NCBI GenBank assembly: GCA_027604505.1
Contig: JADIIX010000020.1
Span: 1 to 64,000 of the forward strand
DNA length: 64,000 nucleotides
Source of the DNA: Gonapodya sp. JEL0774
Taxonomy: Eukaryota
Direction: 5' to 3'
Of this stretch, positions 36,822 to 48,982 are shown in pieces (the stretch's first letter is position 1; the number at the start of each line of letters is the position of its first letter). The position numbers and the translations under genes are program-made. Under the pieces are notes generated by a model. The model did no database searches. It saw only the letters and a list, made by a program, of their open reading frames with translations, and was not told the origin of the DNA.

Positions 36822-37698
36822 TCAAGTACCCGAACCCAGAAGGTAAGTATGTCGTCGGCCCCGCGTACAACGCTGTTCTCCCCCGAAACCCACTCCACCC
36901 CACCCCACTCACTTGCCCCCTTCCCACGCAGAATGCACCCAAAACGACCTCCGCATGGCCGAAATGAACTTGTACGTGGACACTATACTCGACTGTGTGT
37001 TTGAGCACAGGGGGAAGAGGAAAATTGTGTTTTCGAGCTTTCAGGTGAGTTGGACGACGGGGGTGGGTGGGGGAGGGCAGGGGGGGAGGGGGGAACGAAA
37101 CGAGGCAAACCGAACTCACCAACGTCATCTCTGTCCCCCACTTCCCCAGCCCGAAATCTGCCGCATGCTCCGGCTCAAGCACACGACCTTCCCCGTTCTC
37201 TTCCTCACCGAATCCCACGCCTCCGTGTCCGCCGACCCGCGGTGCAACTCGCTCCGTGCCGCGGTGGAGTTTGCCAAAAGCTGTGGCCTCGACGGCATCG
37301 TGAGCGAGGCGGGGCCCATCGTGGACGCGCCAAGGTTGATCGGGAGGGTGAGGGCAGAGGGGTTGGTTGTGATGACGGTGGGTTGCGGGTTCTGGGGGTA
37401 TGCAAACAGCGTGTGTGAAAGGGGTGTGGTGCGGACAGGATTGACACTCACTTGTCGCCATTTTCGTTTTCCTATTTTTTTTTTGTCTTTGTAGTACGGG
37501 GGACTTAATAATGTCGTGGAGAATTTTCTACTTCAGCGACGGTTCGGCGCCGACGCTGTGATACTGGACAAGGTCGTGACTATTCGGAAAGGACTGGAAC
37601 GGTGTGGAGGAGACGCTGCTACCATTATGACTCCTACACCTACACCTACACCTACAGCTACTTTAGATAAAATTGGCGGACTCGGAATCGTAAATTAG
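36822..37698 (+). pseudogene. GDE1: C-terminal fragment of Gde1 glycerophosphocholine phosphodiesterase (end of the GDPD domain only)
   Basis: KYP, EMNLYVDTILDCVF, IVFSSFQPEIC, FPVLFLT, DPRCNSLRAAVEFA, TYGGLNN, DAVILDKV. No SPX, ankyrin or catalytic N-terminal GDPD part upstream. Confidence 0.75.
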
Positions 37699-37851
37699 AT
37701 GATATAACATATATAAATAGTATTGGTGTTTTGTACTTGATGGACATTTAGCAATTTTCTCGAATATGAAATCATTACGAAAAGCACGTGAGACGCGTAA
37801 AAGTCTGTCATCACGAACGCCCCTCCTTCCCTCCATCGCGAGGCACGTCAG

Positions 37852-38707
37852 CTAGCTCCCACTCGATTTCGCTCGGACAAAGCAATGCCAGTGAGGGAGA
37901 CCCAGCACGGTCTTGCGGTGCGTTGGGTTCTCGAACGGGACAAAATCGTACCGGTCTGGTGGGTATATGGCGTGAATGGCGGTCATGACGGACGAGTAGG
38001 TTGGGGGAGCGTGGAGGGGGTGGAACCAGATGACCTGGTGGCTGATGCCCCGCTGTGAGGGTGAAGTGCCCATTGGAAGAAGAGAGAAAGGTGAGTGTAC
38101 GTGGTGTAAGATGAAAGAACGATGAGACAAGATGAGATATGATGTGGGGTAAAAGGGGACACGGAGGTCTCCCCAAATTATCGCCGGACTCTGCTGGCAC
38201 TGCCGGACAGAAAATAGTTCGAAACGAGACATACCTCGGCAGCATACGGAAAGTCATTCAATCTCACGACCGGATCCGGAATGGGGCGCTCTGCGGGCCA
38301 TGGTGCCGTCCGTTTTCGGAACGTGGAAGGATCAACTTGGACTGGCCAAGCGAAGATGAGTTCCTTGAGGTAATCTTGGATCGTAATGATTTTTTATTCG
38401 TCAGCTTTGGTTGTCGGAGATGCTGAGACTCTCCGGAATTCACCATCGGCTGAGTTGTATAGGGGCAACACCGACTGTCGCCATTGGAAGTACCTGGATT
38501 TGACGTGAGCTCAGCCCCAGCACAGAAACGACCGAGACAACATAAATGCATTCACTTTTCTAAAACATCTGGAGTTCGTGAGAGTGTGTCCCACTCCTCA
38601 CGATTGGCCGCGTCCCGCAGAACGTCCCAAGGCTGCACTGCGGATGCGGCTGTCCATTCAGGGGGATAGGTATATTTAGCAGATGGTTGGTTTGGTCGCT
38701 CTGCCAT
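37852..38707 (-). CDS. DUF3605 / GIG1-like (HIT-related) protein
   Basis: PWDVLRDAANREEWDTLSR, RLNDFPYAAE, GISHQVIW, FENPTHRKTVLGLPHWHCFVR. Confidence 0.8.
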
Positions 38708-38867
38708 TTGAAGTTCCCGTCGCCCCTTTTCGGATCGTCTGGTGGGCGATTGAGGTTTGCAAGGTCCGACGTCGATAGTTGATCGGATCATCGGCTTTGG
38801 TCATGTGTCAACGTGTAACCGTGGCAGTCGTCAGCACCGGACATCACTGCATCTCGCTGATCCGACC

Positions 38868-41156
38868 ATGGCGAGTTGTCCAATATGTCTCACCACAAAA
38901 CTCAACTTTGTCTGCAAAGATTGCTGCAAGTCAAAAATGTTCGTGCGGTCCTGGCAAAGTTCCCCTTGACTTGCTTCCCAATAACCCACACGCGTTGGAG
39001 GCAATAGACAAAGCTTGCAATGCGGAATATGGACAATCATCGTGCTTGCTTATAACTTAAGCCCTTTGACTGCAGTTTATTGTGCACGGAGGGGACAGGC
39101 TCCGCTTACTTCTTGCTTTCAACGGTTTCCCCGAGCATGAGCTTACGACATTCTGATGCTTTCCTGCGTATTCTTCTGTCTTTCAGCCTGGACCCCATTC
39201 TCCCAAAGATCGCTTTCACCACGCAGACTCTTTCTGAAACCACTACGCAACTCAACATTCTCCTCGAACATCGGCCTCAAACAGGTATCTCTCGATCAAA
39301 GGAGCGGGACTATGTCCGAGCTCGGCTTGCTGAACTCGAAAAGAAAATCGACGAGTACAAAAAAGAAACCATTGAGCGTGAGTTGGACCTTGCGGAATGG
39401 ATTGAGGGCACAGTGCATGTGTTCTCTTAGGAAAGGGGACAATTCACAAACGACGGGGTGGTTTGCGCCAGCCAGTGGTACTCAAGCAACCCGTTTTCCA
39501 AGCTGGAACTCAAATGTGTGATGTCTGTTTGTTTGTGGAAGTATGTGCAGTTTTCTGGGAGAGCCAGTCTTCTCACTGATCCCCTCTTCCCTGAAGTGCA
39601 AACCCGGATCAATGACCTCAGCTCCCACGTCCACTACCGCCGTAAGCAAATAGAAATGCACCGAACACATTCCTTGGCTATCCACTCCGAGCGTACCCGT
39701 TCCCATCACGAGACCGAGATGGGATCCCTCGGTGCGAAGTACGCAGAGTCGTGCGAGGTGCTCGGACAGAGCAGAAAAGTTCTCGTGAGAGAGCTCTGTG
39801 GGGTGTTTGGATTGCGGAGATCTCGCAAAGATGGACACACTCATGGAACTGGTGCTGCGACTGGAACAGTCACAGGCTCTCTGGATGATCACTTGGCCGC
39901 TGGCAACACATCGCCACCGAGCAGCGGTTCTTTGCCAATCCACATTGCTAATGGTGGAGCAGGCGACACGCATCTTGCAAACGGGAGTCACACTCGGTCA
40001 CCCTCTGACCATCCTACCTCACCCACGAACGGCGGAACAGGCAGTCCGAATCATAGTCCACCTCTGACTTCTGCGAGTCCTCCTGCACGGGCTGGAAAGC
40101 CGTCGGATCGATCACTCAAAGACCAAAAGGACGACATTGTGATCGTAAACGTGTCGTTTCCGACCAATGGAGACTTTTGGAGTGAGTCGAGGTCCCGGGA
40201 TAGTAACCGCTAGTGAGCGCGCTTTAGTTCACGCTTTCCGATTTCCTTTCCACCTCTCTAGACTACAATCGCGACGAGTTCAATACCGGCGTAGGTTATA
40301 TCGCTCACATGACCAAACTTGTCGCGTACTACTTGGAGGTCGCCCTACCTTTTGAGATGGAACTTCAGGGTAGTAAGAGTTTTGCACGTGCTAATTATCA
40401 CGAAACAATGGATGCCAAGTGAGTGTGTTGCCGAACTATATTTGGTCGATTAAACCTATGAGTATCCACGTTGGCCTCCTCCCTTCCAGGAAGACCCCTT
40501 TATTTCTTCAACCCGACAATGCTGACGAATTTCTCGTTGGCTTCGCCATGCTCTGCTTCAATATCGCGTATCTCTGTCACACACAAGGTGTCAAGGTTGG
40601 TCACAGCAATGTCCGTGCCGCGCTCAAGAATTTGTACATGTGCTGTCATGCCCCGTCGCTAGGGAGGTGAGGAGACATATTGCGCGGAAGTGTGTGTAAA
40701 GTTCCTTTTTAACTCAAAAAACACGAATGTTGTGTTCCGCCACCCCCTAGCCGAGACTTGGACACCCCGATTCCCCTCCGCACCGACATCTCCTTCCACT
40801 CCACTCTCGACTCTTCCTTCCCACTCGATTTCTCACGCGTTGTCAAGGAACTGCGGGAGCTGAAAGCTTCGTCCGCCGGGTCTTTGAAGGTTTCGGGTGC
40901 GGTGGACCGCGAGCACCACCGCATGGAAACACAAGAGGACTTTGAAATCATAGACTGGGATGGGCGAGCTGACAAGGCTGGGCTGCCTCCCCGAGTTCGG
41001 CGGATGCAGAGTCTGGGTAACGGGGTAGGGACGAAGCGGGGTGGGGCCGGAGTGGGGGAAGCGAACGCGATAGCAATGAATGGTGACAAGGGAAAAGAAT
41101 TGAGACAAGGAGATAAAGGAAAGATCGATGTTGAACGAGAATGGCAGCTATTGTAA
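38868..41156 (+). CDS. ATG14: Atg14/Vps38(UVRAG)-family PI3K complex subunit
   Basis: N-terminal CPIC...CKDC, coiled coil, RKVLVRELCGVFGL, FNTGVGYIAHMTKLVAYYLEVALPF, FLVGFAMLCFNIAYLCHTQGV. Confidence 0.8.
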
Positions 41157-41195
41157 TGGTTGATAAACACAGCACTCCGGGCGACTGCTGCATTC

Positions 41196-43642
41196 ATGAC
41201 CTCAAGCAATTTCAGCACTTGTTTAGTCAGAATCCACGGTCCAGACCACGATCTTCGCATTTCAAAAAGTTGTACCTTTTCATACTCCGAGAATGGACAT
41301 ACCACGATCAGTTCTTCGGGGGTCATCCTTTCGAACGGGAGTATCGACGACGTCATTTTGGGATTGCCCAGAGGATGCGTTATCGTTGCAACTCACGCTT
41401 CGGCGGTGACAAGCTGGATCAACTTTTCTCAGGACTCACGTGAGATGAATCGGAAGTTTTCGTTACCGCTGTTCTGAAGGGGAACTTCGGCATCAACCCT
41501 TTAGAGAGGAATATCCTGACAGCTCGACTCCAAGATTCAGCAGGGATTGACATCTTGTTCGAATGTAAATCTTCTTTGATTTTCTTGTGATCGGTCGTGC
41601 CCCCCGCTAAGGCAGTATCTTTGCAGCTGATGTGGAGACTTCGAGTTCATCATATCATCGCGCACATTTGATTGCCGTCGCTAAAGCACCAGGAGTATAC
41701 GAAGCCATTAAGCGTATATCTCGTGGTGGTGGAAACACGTGGCTCGTTGGACACGGCGGAAATCCTTCCCAACGGGCAGACTTGAATCTACCGGGCGACA
41801 CTTTTTCCGACAAGAATGGTAGGCTCTTATTCACAAACTTGTTTGATTAGATGGCTGGAACTTACTTTCGTGTTAGTTGGCATCGCAGGAGTTGCATTTC
41901 TTCTTGTCTCACCTCCTGCGGTCTCAGATGCAAGCGCAGATGTTCCAGACTCCGCTTATTTGGACACTGACTGGAGTGCTATGCTGAGTAAACTACAACC
42001 ACTTCGGCTGTTGTGCAGGGCGGCTGATGGACAGTTGACAGCGCTCCAAACGTCGACCCGTTTGGTTGGTTCAATCGATCATTGTGTGTTTCTATTTGTC
42101 AGTAAACAACAATTGGTGCTAGCCTCCTACATCCATACTCCTCTCTAGCCATCCATTTGGGTTCGTGAACCCCGCCAGCTTTTTCGGGTCCTTCGCCTCG
42201 GGAATTATATCGAACATCGTGCGAGGCTCACAAGGTGAAACTGCACTATATCTAACTGACGCAAGGTTGTCACCAGGTATGGAGGGCGGACTAGCTCTCG
42301 TTGCAGAGGGTCTTCATCAAAGCGAGGCGCTAGGGGTGAGATTGCCAGGTTTACTCTTCATTGCAGGCGAAACTGAGCTTGCAGTTTTAAGTTTATCCTC
42401 CCCCCTCTATCTCGCCGAGATGGCTTCCCTGCAGAACTTTCCCTCTTGGCGCCCGTCAATGCTCTTGCGCAGGCGTTTCTCGCAGCTGTGCAATCACGTT
42501 GGCCACTGGCGGCGCAGGCGGTTGACTCTCTGCGGAGTCCTGGCAGGACGTACAATACGAAGAAAACGATACGAGCTGAAGAACCATCACACCCAGATCC
42601 AACGATTTCCACATATTTGGCGAGTGTCGCTGTTGTCAAAGTTGGTCGGAGTTGGGCAAGTGCTGTGCTTATTACTCCCGATGGCTGTGGGTTATTTGTC
42701 CACAATAGTTTTGACTGCAGTACCTGATAAGGAGGTTTTCAACCTTCAGATTTGTTAACTAATGCTCATGTGGTTCGGCCGTTGTTCCCGGCCGATTCCA
42801 ACGTGCTCACTCCTAACATGTCATGTACTGCAGCAGTGAACTCAACAACTTGTGAAGGAACTATCATAAATGCTTCAGTTAGAGTTGATGTTCCGAAATC
42901 TCAGGTATGTGTTCCTCCAATTAGCTTCAGGTTCTTGTTTGGGCAAGTCCTCCATTCCGAACTTTTGTAAGTGGTATCACACAGTTCGCGCATTGTATGT
43001 CTCGAACTCCTCCTACGACGTAGCGCTTCTGAAAATTGACCTTCCGCAAGGTGTAACTCTTCCGCACGTGGATTTGCGTGACTGTGAAAACGATTTGAGC
43101 ACTATAACTGCGGGGTCGACAGCATATGCAGTTGGCCATGGATTGTATGAGCCATCAGTAGGCAAGTAAACATTCTGGCTTTACTGCATTGAGAAACTCA
43201 CCAATGCCAATACTTTGAAGGCTTGCTGCCCACTATTACGAAAGGTGTGATAAGGAAAGTTGTTCAACCACGCGCAATGCCATCCCTCCTGCCGGCGCGG
43301 CAACGCACCATTCAAATTCAGTCATCTGCCGCCATACATAATGGAAGCTCTGGTGGCGTACTCATTGCCGCCTCGGGGCGTTTGCTGAAGCCTGTCGGCC
43401 TTCTTGTCTCAAATCTCAATTTTCTACCCACCAAGACAATATTGCCGAGATTCAACTTCGCCCTACCGCTCACAGAGTGTGGACCTCTAGTTACGAATTT
43501 TATCAGATCTGGCGACCGTCAGCACCTGAAAGAACTCGACAAGAAGGGTAATGATGAACTGGCAGCTTGGGTGTGGGGCCTCCAATTCGATCGACCGGAA
43601 CATACTGATAGTCCTTCAACTTCGAGTCGACCTAAATTGTAA
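41196..43642 (+). CDS. Peroxisomal leader-peptide processing protease (DEG15/TYSND1-like)
   Basis: VRIHGPD..TISSSGVIL; first domain FASGIISN..LTDARLSPGMEGG; second domain triad LTNAHVV, YDVALL, IHNGSSGG; FNFALP; C-terminal PTS1-like PKL. Confidence 0.85.
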
Positions 43643-43734
43643 AAATGTGATAGATTAAGTGTCTGCTCTATCCTGCTTTCGACGGGTGATCGGTTGGTCG
43701 GGTGTTGGTTCTTCCGACCCCGCCTTTGCACATC

Positions 43735-46242
43735 ATGTTGTCCGTTTTACACTCATTTAAACGGTACAATCTCTCGATCACGTATGCAGGGCCGATCACT
43801 CCATTGCTGAACGCGGCATCGGTGGCCCCATGTCGACATGTGCAGAATCCCAGTGGGAGAAGAACATTGTTCCAAACCACGCACAGTCTACCATCAAGCA
43901 CGTCCACTACCATCAAAGGGGGTGCAACTGCTGAAGGGACAAAGAAGTACCGCCAGCGATTTCCCAAATTACCCGGAGCTTGGATTCCCAAGAGAGGTGA
44001 GTCCTTTACTCCGACTCACTTGAAAACTCCGTACTCTGATCTCCCACATATATAGATTGGCACATCTCCCGATTTGGCTTCGGCTGCCACAGAGTGAGCG
44101 CATCGAGCTCTAACCCTGAGCGTGCGGAGAACGAGAAAGCGTTACGAGTCGCACTCAGGAACGGCATCAATGTAATAGACACAGGGAGCTGGTTTGAAAA
44201 GGGTGAAACTGCGAAGAGGAGCTGCTGATAACACGTCCACTGAGCTATTCAATTTTGCGGCTACCTAGGGAATTCCGAGAGGCTTGTTGGGGATATTTTG
44301 AAAGAGGTGAATGCAGTCTGTGATGCTATGATTCTGTTGAGTCACGCTCACTGATTATGCTTCTCACCAGCTTGTATTGTCGGGGGAGATCAGTCGTGAG
44401 GTGAAGCAATTTCGGGGAGGCCGGTCCTCTCAATTGTTGAATTGGCTGCGTTTCAGGAAGTGGTGGTCATCTCAAAGTCCGGACCGCTCCCTCCTTGGCT
44501 TCTCGCCTCGTTGCCCTCAAAACTTCCGTATGTAGAGCTCCCAAACTCTGTGCATTGGTCCGCAGATCCTCGGTTCCTCGAATATTGTATCACACACTCA
44601 CTCTCCAGAATGGGTTTAGAACACATCGATGTGAGATCGCCTCAAGTTATGAGCACAAAACTTGACCATTCTAAACGTTCCAATCCTACCAACTTGGTCA
44701 AGGTTTGGGGTATTGATGGCTTCGACAGAGCACTGGCTTCACCATTGTATTCTGAGACTCAACTCTTAGAGCTTCTGCGATCTGCATTTCGACACCTCGA
44801 TGCAGAGGTAGACCGTGGTCGGATCGGAGGGTACATGTGGAGCAGTAATGCGCTGAGTCTTCCGACCACAGCGGCAAACGTTGGCTGGGATCTGGAGAAG
44901 GTAATTGCGCAGGTTCAACGGCCCGATAACTTTGTGGCAGTTGAGTACCCCTTCAATATATTTGAGAAAGATGTTGCACGTTCGTAGAGCCTGTTTCGGC
45001 AGCTGGATGCAAGGGACTCTCATTCATTGTTTCTGTAGGCGCACCCCATCCCACAAGTTCATCAGCTCGACGACATGATCTCTGCCAATTCCTCAACCGC
45101 CCACTAAATGCAATTGGTGGCGGATCTGTCCGCACTCTGTCTGATGGCGCAGAGGAAGTTGATATTTGGATTGAAGGATGGTCAACCGAGGAAGTGGAAG
45201 GTGCGTACATTCTGCTCCAGTCAGCCAGCGTGGTTTATTCTCCGTTAGCTTACTTACTCTAGTTGACAGATGCGGGAATCCTATCTCGACAGTTGTCCGA
45301 ACTCTTTGAGCGAGGAATAGTACTCGAGGAAGAGTTTCGACATTTCGGTGGGCTCCGATATCTTTGCTGAACAGCGCACACTGCAGTGCTAAAACGCCTG
45401 AAATAGTTGAAGATGCGGAGAATCCGCCGCCTACCTCATTCCCATCCTTCGCATGGTCGCAAGCGCTTTTAGATCAGTGGGTGCTCTCTGACTTGCCTTC
45501 TTCTCAGTAACAGATAAACAGCCTTTGATCCTTTCTTATAACAGTGCTCCTCGCTTAGCGCCTAATCTCTTGGCTACCCGCCATTTCTTGACGGCAACGC
45601 TCACGCCGCAAGTACGCACCGATCTGGAAGACGCGGCAGCACTGGCGGAAGAATGGGGCGGTGAAGAAGGCAAACGAGCACTTGAATGGATTGAGAAGTA
45701 TCACAAGGTTCGAATGGTTTTCTTCAGGATTGTCCTTCAAAATTACGACAAAAGCTACTTGCTTCCAGTTCGTCCTGGTCGACATTCCACCCCTCCTCAC
45801 TGCTCTGTCAAAATCGTTAACAATATCTGCGAACCGGGAGCTCGACTCCTTGATTCGACCTCTTCTGCCCCCTGCTAAGCGCCCAGCTATGCCAGGTTTG
45901 GCTTCAACCGCTTTGAAACTCGTCGGGAGCGTGGATCCAGGCGATCCAGCACTATGGGAATCTCAGGGACTGCAAGATAATGACATTGAATTTGAATCCG
46001 GAGTGGTGCCCCCTGTTGAGGAATCAGTTCCTCCTCTTGGATATGAGCTCCCATATCAGCAAGAGCGGGCCAAACTTCCGTTTGGGTTTGAACAATGTGC
46101 GGTGACCCTAGTCGGAATGAGGCGGCCTTCTTATGTACGCCATGTTTTGATGGTATCGGAGGAGTTGGGTGCGAAAGCAACAAGGATCGAACCTCATGAA
46201 TGGGCTCATGCACTTTATCAGCGCGGATTGTTGGAGAGTTGA
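43735..46242 (+). CDS. Aldo-keto reductase-fold protein with presequence-like N-terminus
   Basis: GATAEGT, ISRFGFGCHRV, ALRNGINVIDT, NSERLVG, EVVVISKSG, SLSRMGLEHID, VEYPFNIFE, LVGMRRPSYV. Confidence 0.8.
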
Positions 46243-46477
46243 GGCGGAGATTTGCACAGGAAGTGACCGCGTAAATCTGGTCCCTCGAAAACTCGCAGTT
46301 CTTGTACCTTCTATATCGAATGCATTGGTACTGACACTTCCTTGTGCCAACATCGCCGCGCAGCACAGCATAATTGTAGACTTTACCTTCAACATTGATC
46401 GTACAGGTGGATTTTTTAGCGGTTCCCGTCGTGCACTCCATGTGTTTCATTCACCTACAGATGTATTGATTTCTCAA

Positions 46478-48926
46478 ATGATCTCTTGCACTCTTTCCCC
46501 GCAACCAGGGGAGCTCCCTGCGCACACTATCTCCGAATTAATTGAAACTGCCTCAGAAAGCATCCACAACAAAGTGGTGCTGGCAGAAAAACTGAATGAA
46601 ACGTTCAAACCAACAGCGGGCACAGCGGAGGGTGAGGAACGAGACGATGGAGAGAGCACTCGAGGCAAACGAAGACACCAGTCTGAACGAGTGGATGGGT
46701 TGGAGAGAGAGGTGGAAAAGGTTGGAGTATTGGAACTCTTGCAACCTAGTTGCTGCGGAGGAGTTTCCTTTACCAATTCGGCATCGTCGGTCTACCTACA
46801 GCCTCCTCAACCTCGATCATCCCGCCCAGCTCGAAGGATTGGCTCTGCTCGCCAGAGGAATCCTCCAGTCCTTGAAGTTAGTTCGGAGGATTCTGTGCGA
46901 CGAGCCGCGGAATGCCGGGCGCAGAAAAGAGAGTGGAGCGACAAAGGCAAAACACTGGCAGGAAGGTCTGATCTTTCTTGAAGCTGCATCTGCTAGGGTC
47001 TGGGGTTTGACGCTGGGACTCTCTGCTCCAGGTGTGCCATCCTGGAGCGAGACATTGCGGGACATCTGCAAAAGTCTCAACCACCTCCTGAACTGTACGC
47101 CAGCATCGAGGAATATATGAAGCAGTCCTTCTCCGAGAGACTCGCAGAGCGTGCGTAGCCTTGGAGTGGACGTTGATCCGAACGAGTGTAACACAATCCC
47201 ACTTCAACGAAACAGACAAGGAGCTCTTCGAGCGTGTTTCGCGAATAAAAGTATTGGTACTTGCTTTTTCGCGCCTTGCGGAGGTTTCAGGCTCGGGGGA
47301 GCAATGTGGGTTGAATAATACTTCCAGCAGATCCGAAAGAAAATCTGAGGTCTCCACGATTCATAAAGACATCAATTCTTTGAAGCTGGCCGTCGAAGGA
47401 ATCGAAAGCGGAATCGTTTTATTCAAAGACGAACAAAAAGAAGCGTCAGTGATTTGATTGAGACTGTCCTGGACTAAACATTTGACCGACGAATTGCACC
47501 AGTTTCGAGGCTCTCCTCAGTGCCGAACGGCGAACCGCTGCTGAGATTGCCGCAAGCAATACTCGCATCGAGTCTTTCAGCTCTGAAGACCGTGCAGCTG
47601 CAGAAGCATGGATTGTCAACAAAAGTGGCACTAAAACAGCTCCCTTCACTAAATCAAGAGCTATTAAAACGGCTTTAGACGCAAGTGAAATGTCCAATGT
47701 GCCACTAGCAGTGAGAAGCTTTGAGGTGAGTCTCTGAAGCCAATGCCTTTTTGGATCTGTGATGATGATGGAAGCCTAGGACTTCGTTACCCGCTTCGGG
47801 CACTATGGAGGCTGGAGCGAGCAAGACCACCGATTGTTTGTCAGGTTGCGTGAAAAATTTGGTGTAAGCTAAGCGCTAATATGGTTGAGAGCTGGTACGA
47901 AGTCACATCTCACTCGTGTGAAACGTTTCAGTCGCGCAATCCCCGCTTCTTAAATTCTTGTATCGAAGCACTACCGTCGTGCGCCCCGGACGATATTTCA
48001 CGACATGAAGAGTGGTATGCGGAGTACTCTTTTCTAATGTTTGAGAAGAAACGCGCGCTGGTTGAATGGAAATCGAAGCGGGACCACAAAAACTCGATCA
48101 AGGAGGATCCCACCACCCAAGCTGACACTAAAAGCGATGTAGACGCCAAAAATGATGAACATATTAAGCGGACTGACCAAGCGGATGAAAAGCGAAAGAG
48201 GATAGAAGAGTGGCGCCAATGCAGAGAGAAACAAAAGCAAGAGGAAGAAGCTAAGAAGCTGGAAGAGTCGGAGAAAAGGGCAGCAACTGAGGAGCGCAAG
48301 AGGGCTGAACAGCAAGTGAGTGCAGTCACAGTCAGTCGGATCGGTAGCTCCTCGCTTCACAATGGGGTGGGATAGGCACACCTGCGAGCAAAAGCCGAGG
48401 AGTTCCGCCATCGAAAGGCAGAAGAGGCTGTGGCGAAGGAAGAAGAGGAGTGTATACAGAAAGAGCAGGAGAGAAAACGCGCTGCGATGACGAAGGAGTT
48501 GATTGAACGGTTGCAGGAGAAGGTGGGTGCACACGCTCGTCTGCCGACGAAAGAAAGGGTCACTGTACCCACCACCTTTCGTTCTGCGCTAATAGGACTC
48601 CCTTTTTATTCAACGTCGTGAAGAACTCATTGTCGCAAAGCGAAAGGAGGAAATGGAACGTGAACTCAGGGTCGCCAAACTTCAGAAGGCTGTAAGCTGA
48701 CCAACCACTGATCCTCCCGAACACTCCTGTGTTACATTAGCACTACGTTTTATAGGCTGAGTTTATACCCACTCGCGATCCCTCCCGCGTTCTACGCCCC
48801 ACCACCGCCTCCGAGCTCCGTTCCAAGGTCACCGATCCGGAACGAGATGGGGAGAAGGTGCGGGCAGATTTCGCGGCCAACAAAATTCCACGAAAGCAGA
48901 TTCCATCTTGGCGGACGGGTTTATAG
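46478..48926 (+). CDS. CCDC112: Coiled-coil domain-containing protein 112 homolog; start uncertain
   Basis: GHYGGWSEQDHRLFVRLR, HEEWYAEYSFLMFEKKRALVEWK, RDPSRVLRPT, IPRKQIPSWRTGL*. Confidence 0.8.
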
Positions 48927-48982
48927 ACAGCATACAGGTGGTTGCGTGCGTGTATATGTAAACGGTGGTATGTATGATAATA

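Noticed and set aside
36388..37461. 357-aa minus-strand ORF
   Set aside because: Antisense shadow of GC-rich GDE1 exons and introns; no recognisable motifs.
37632..37660. (CCTACA)n microsatellite
   Set aside because: Ordinary coding Thr-Pro repeat in the GDE1 tail.
47117..47120. Bacterial-style ATGA stop/start overlap between ORF 46596-47120 and a CCDC112 Met
   Set aside because: An acceptor (CCAG at ~47103) opens the CCDC112 frame upstream of this ATG and joins in phase to a donor at ~46966. The Met is probably internal and ORF 46596-47120 a shadow frame.
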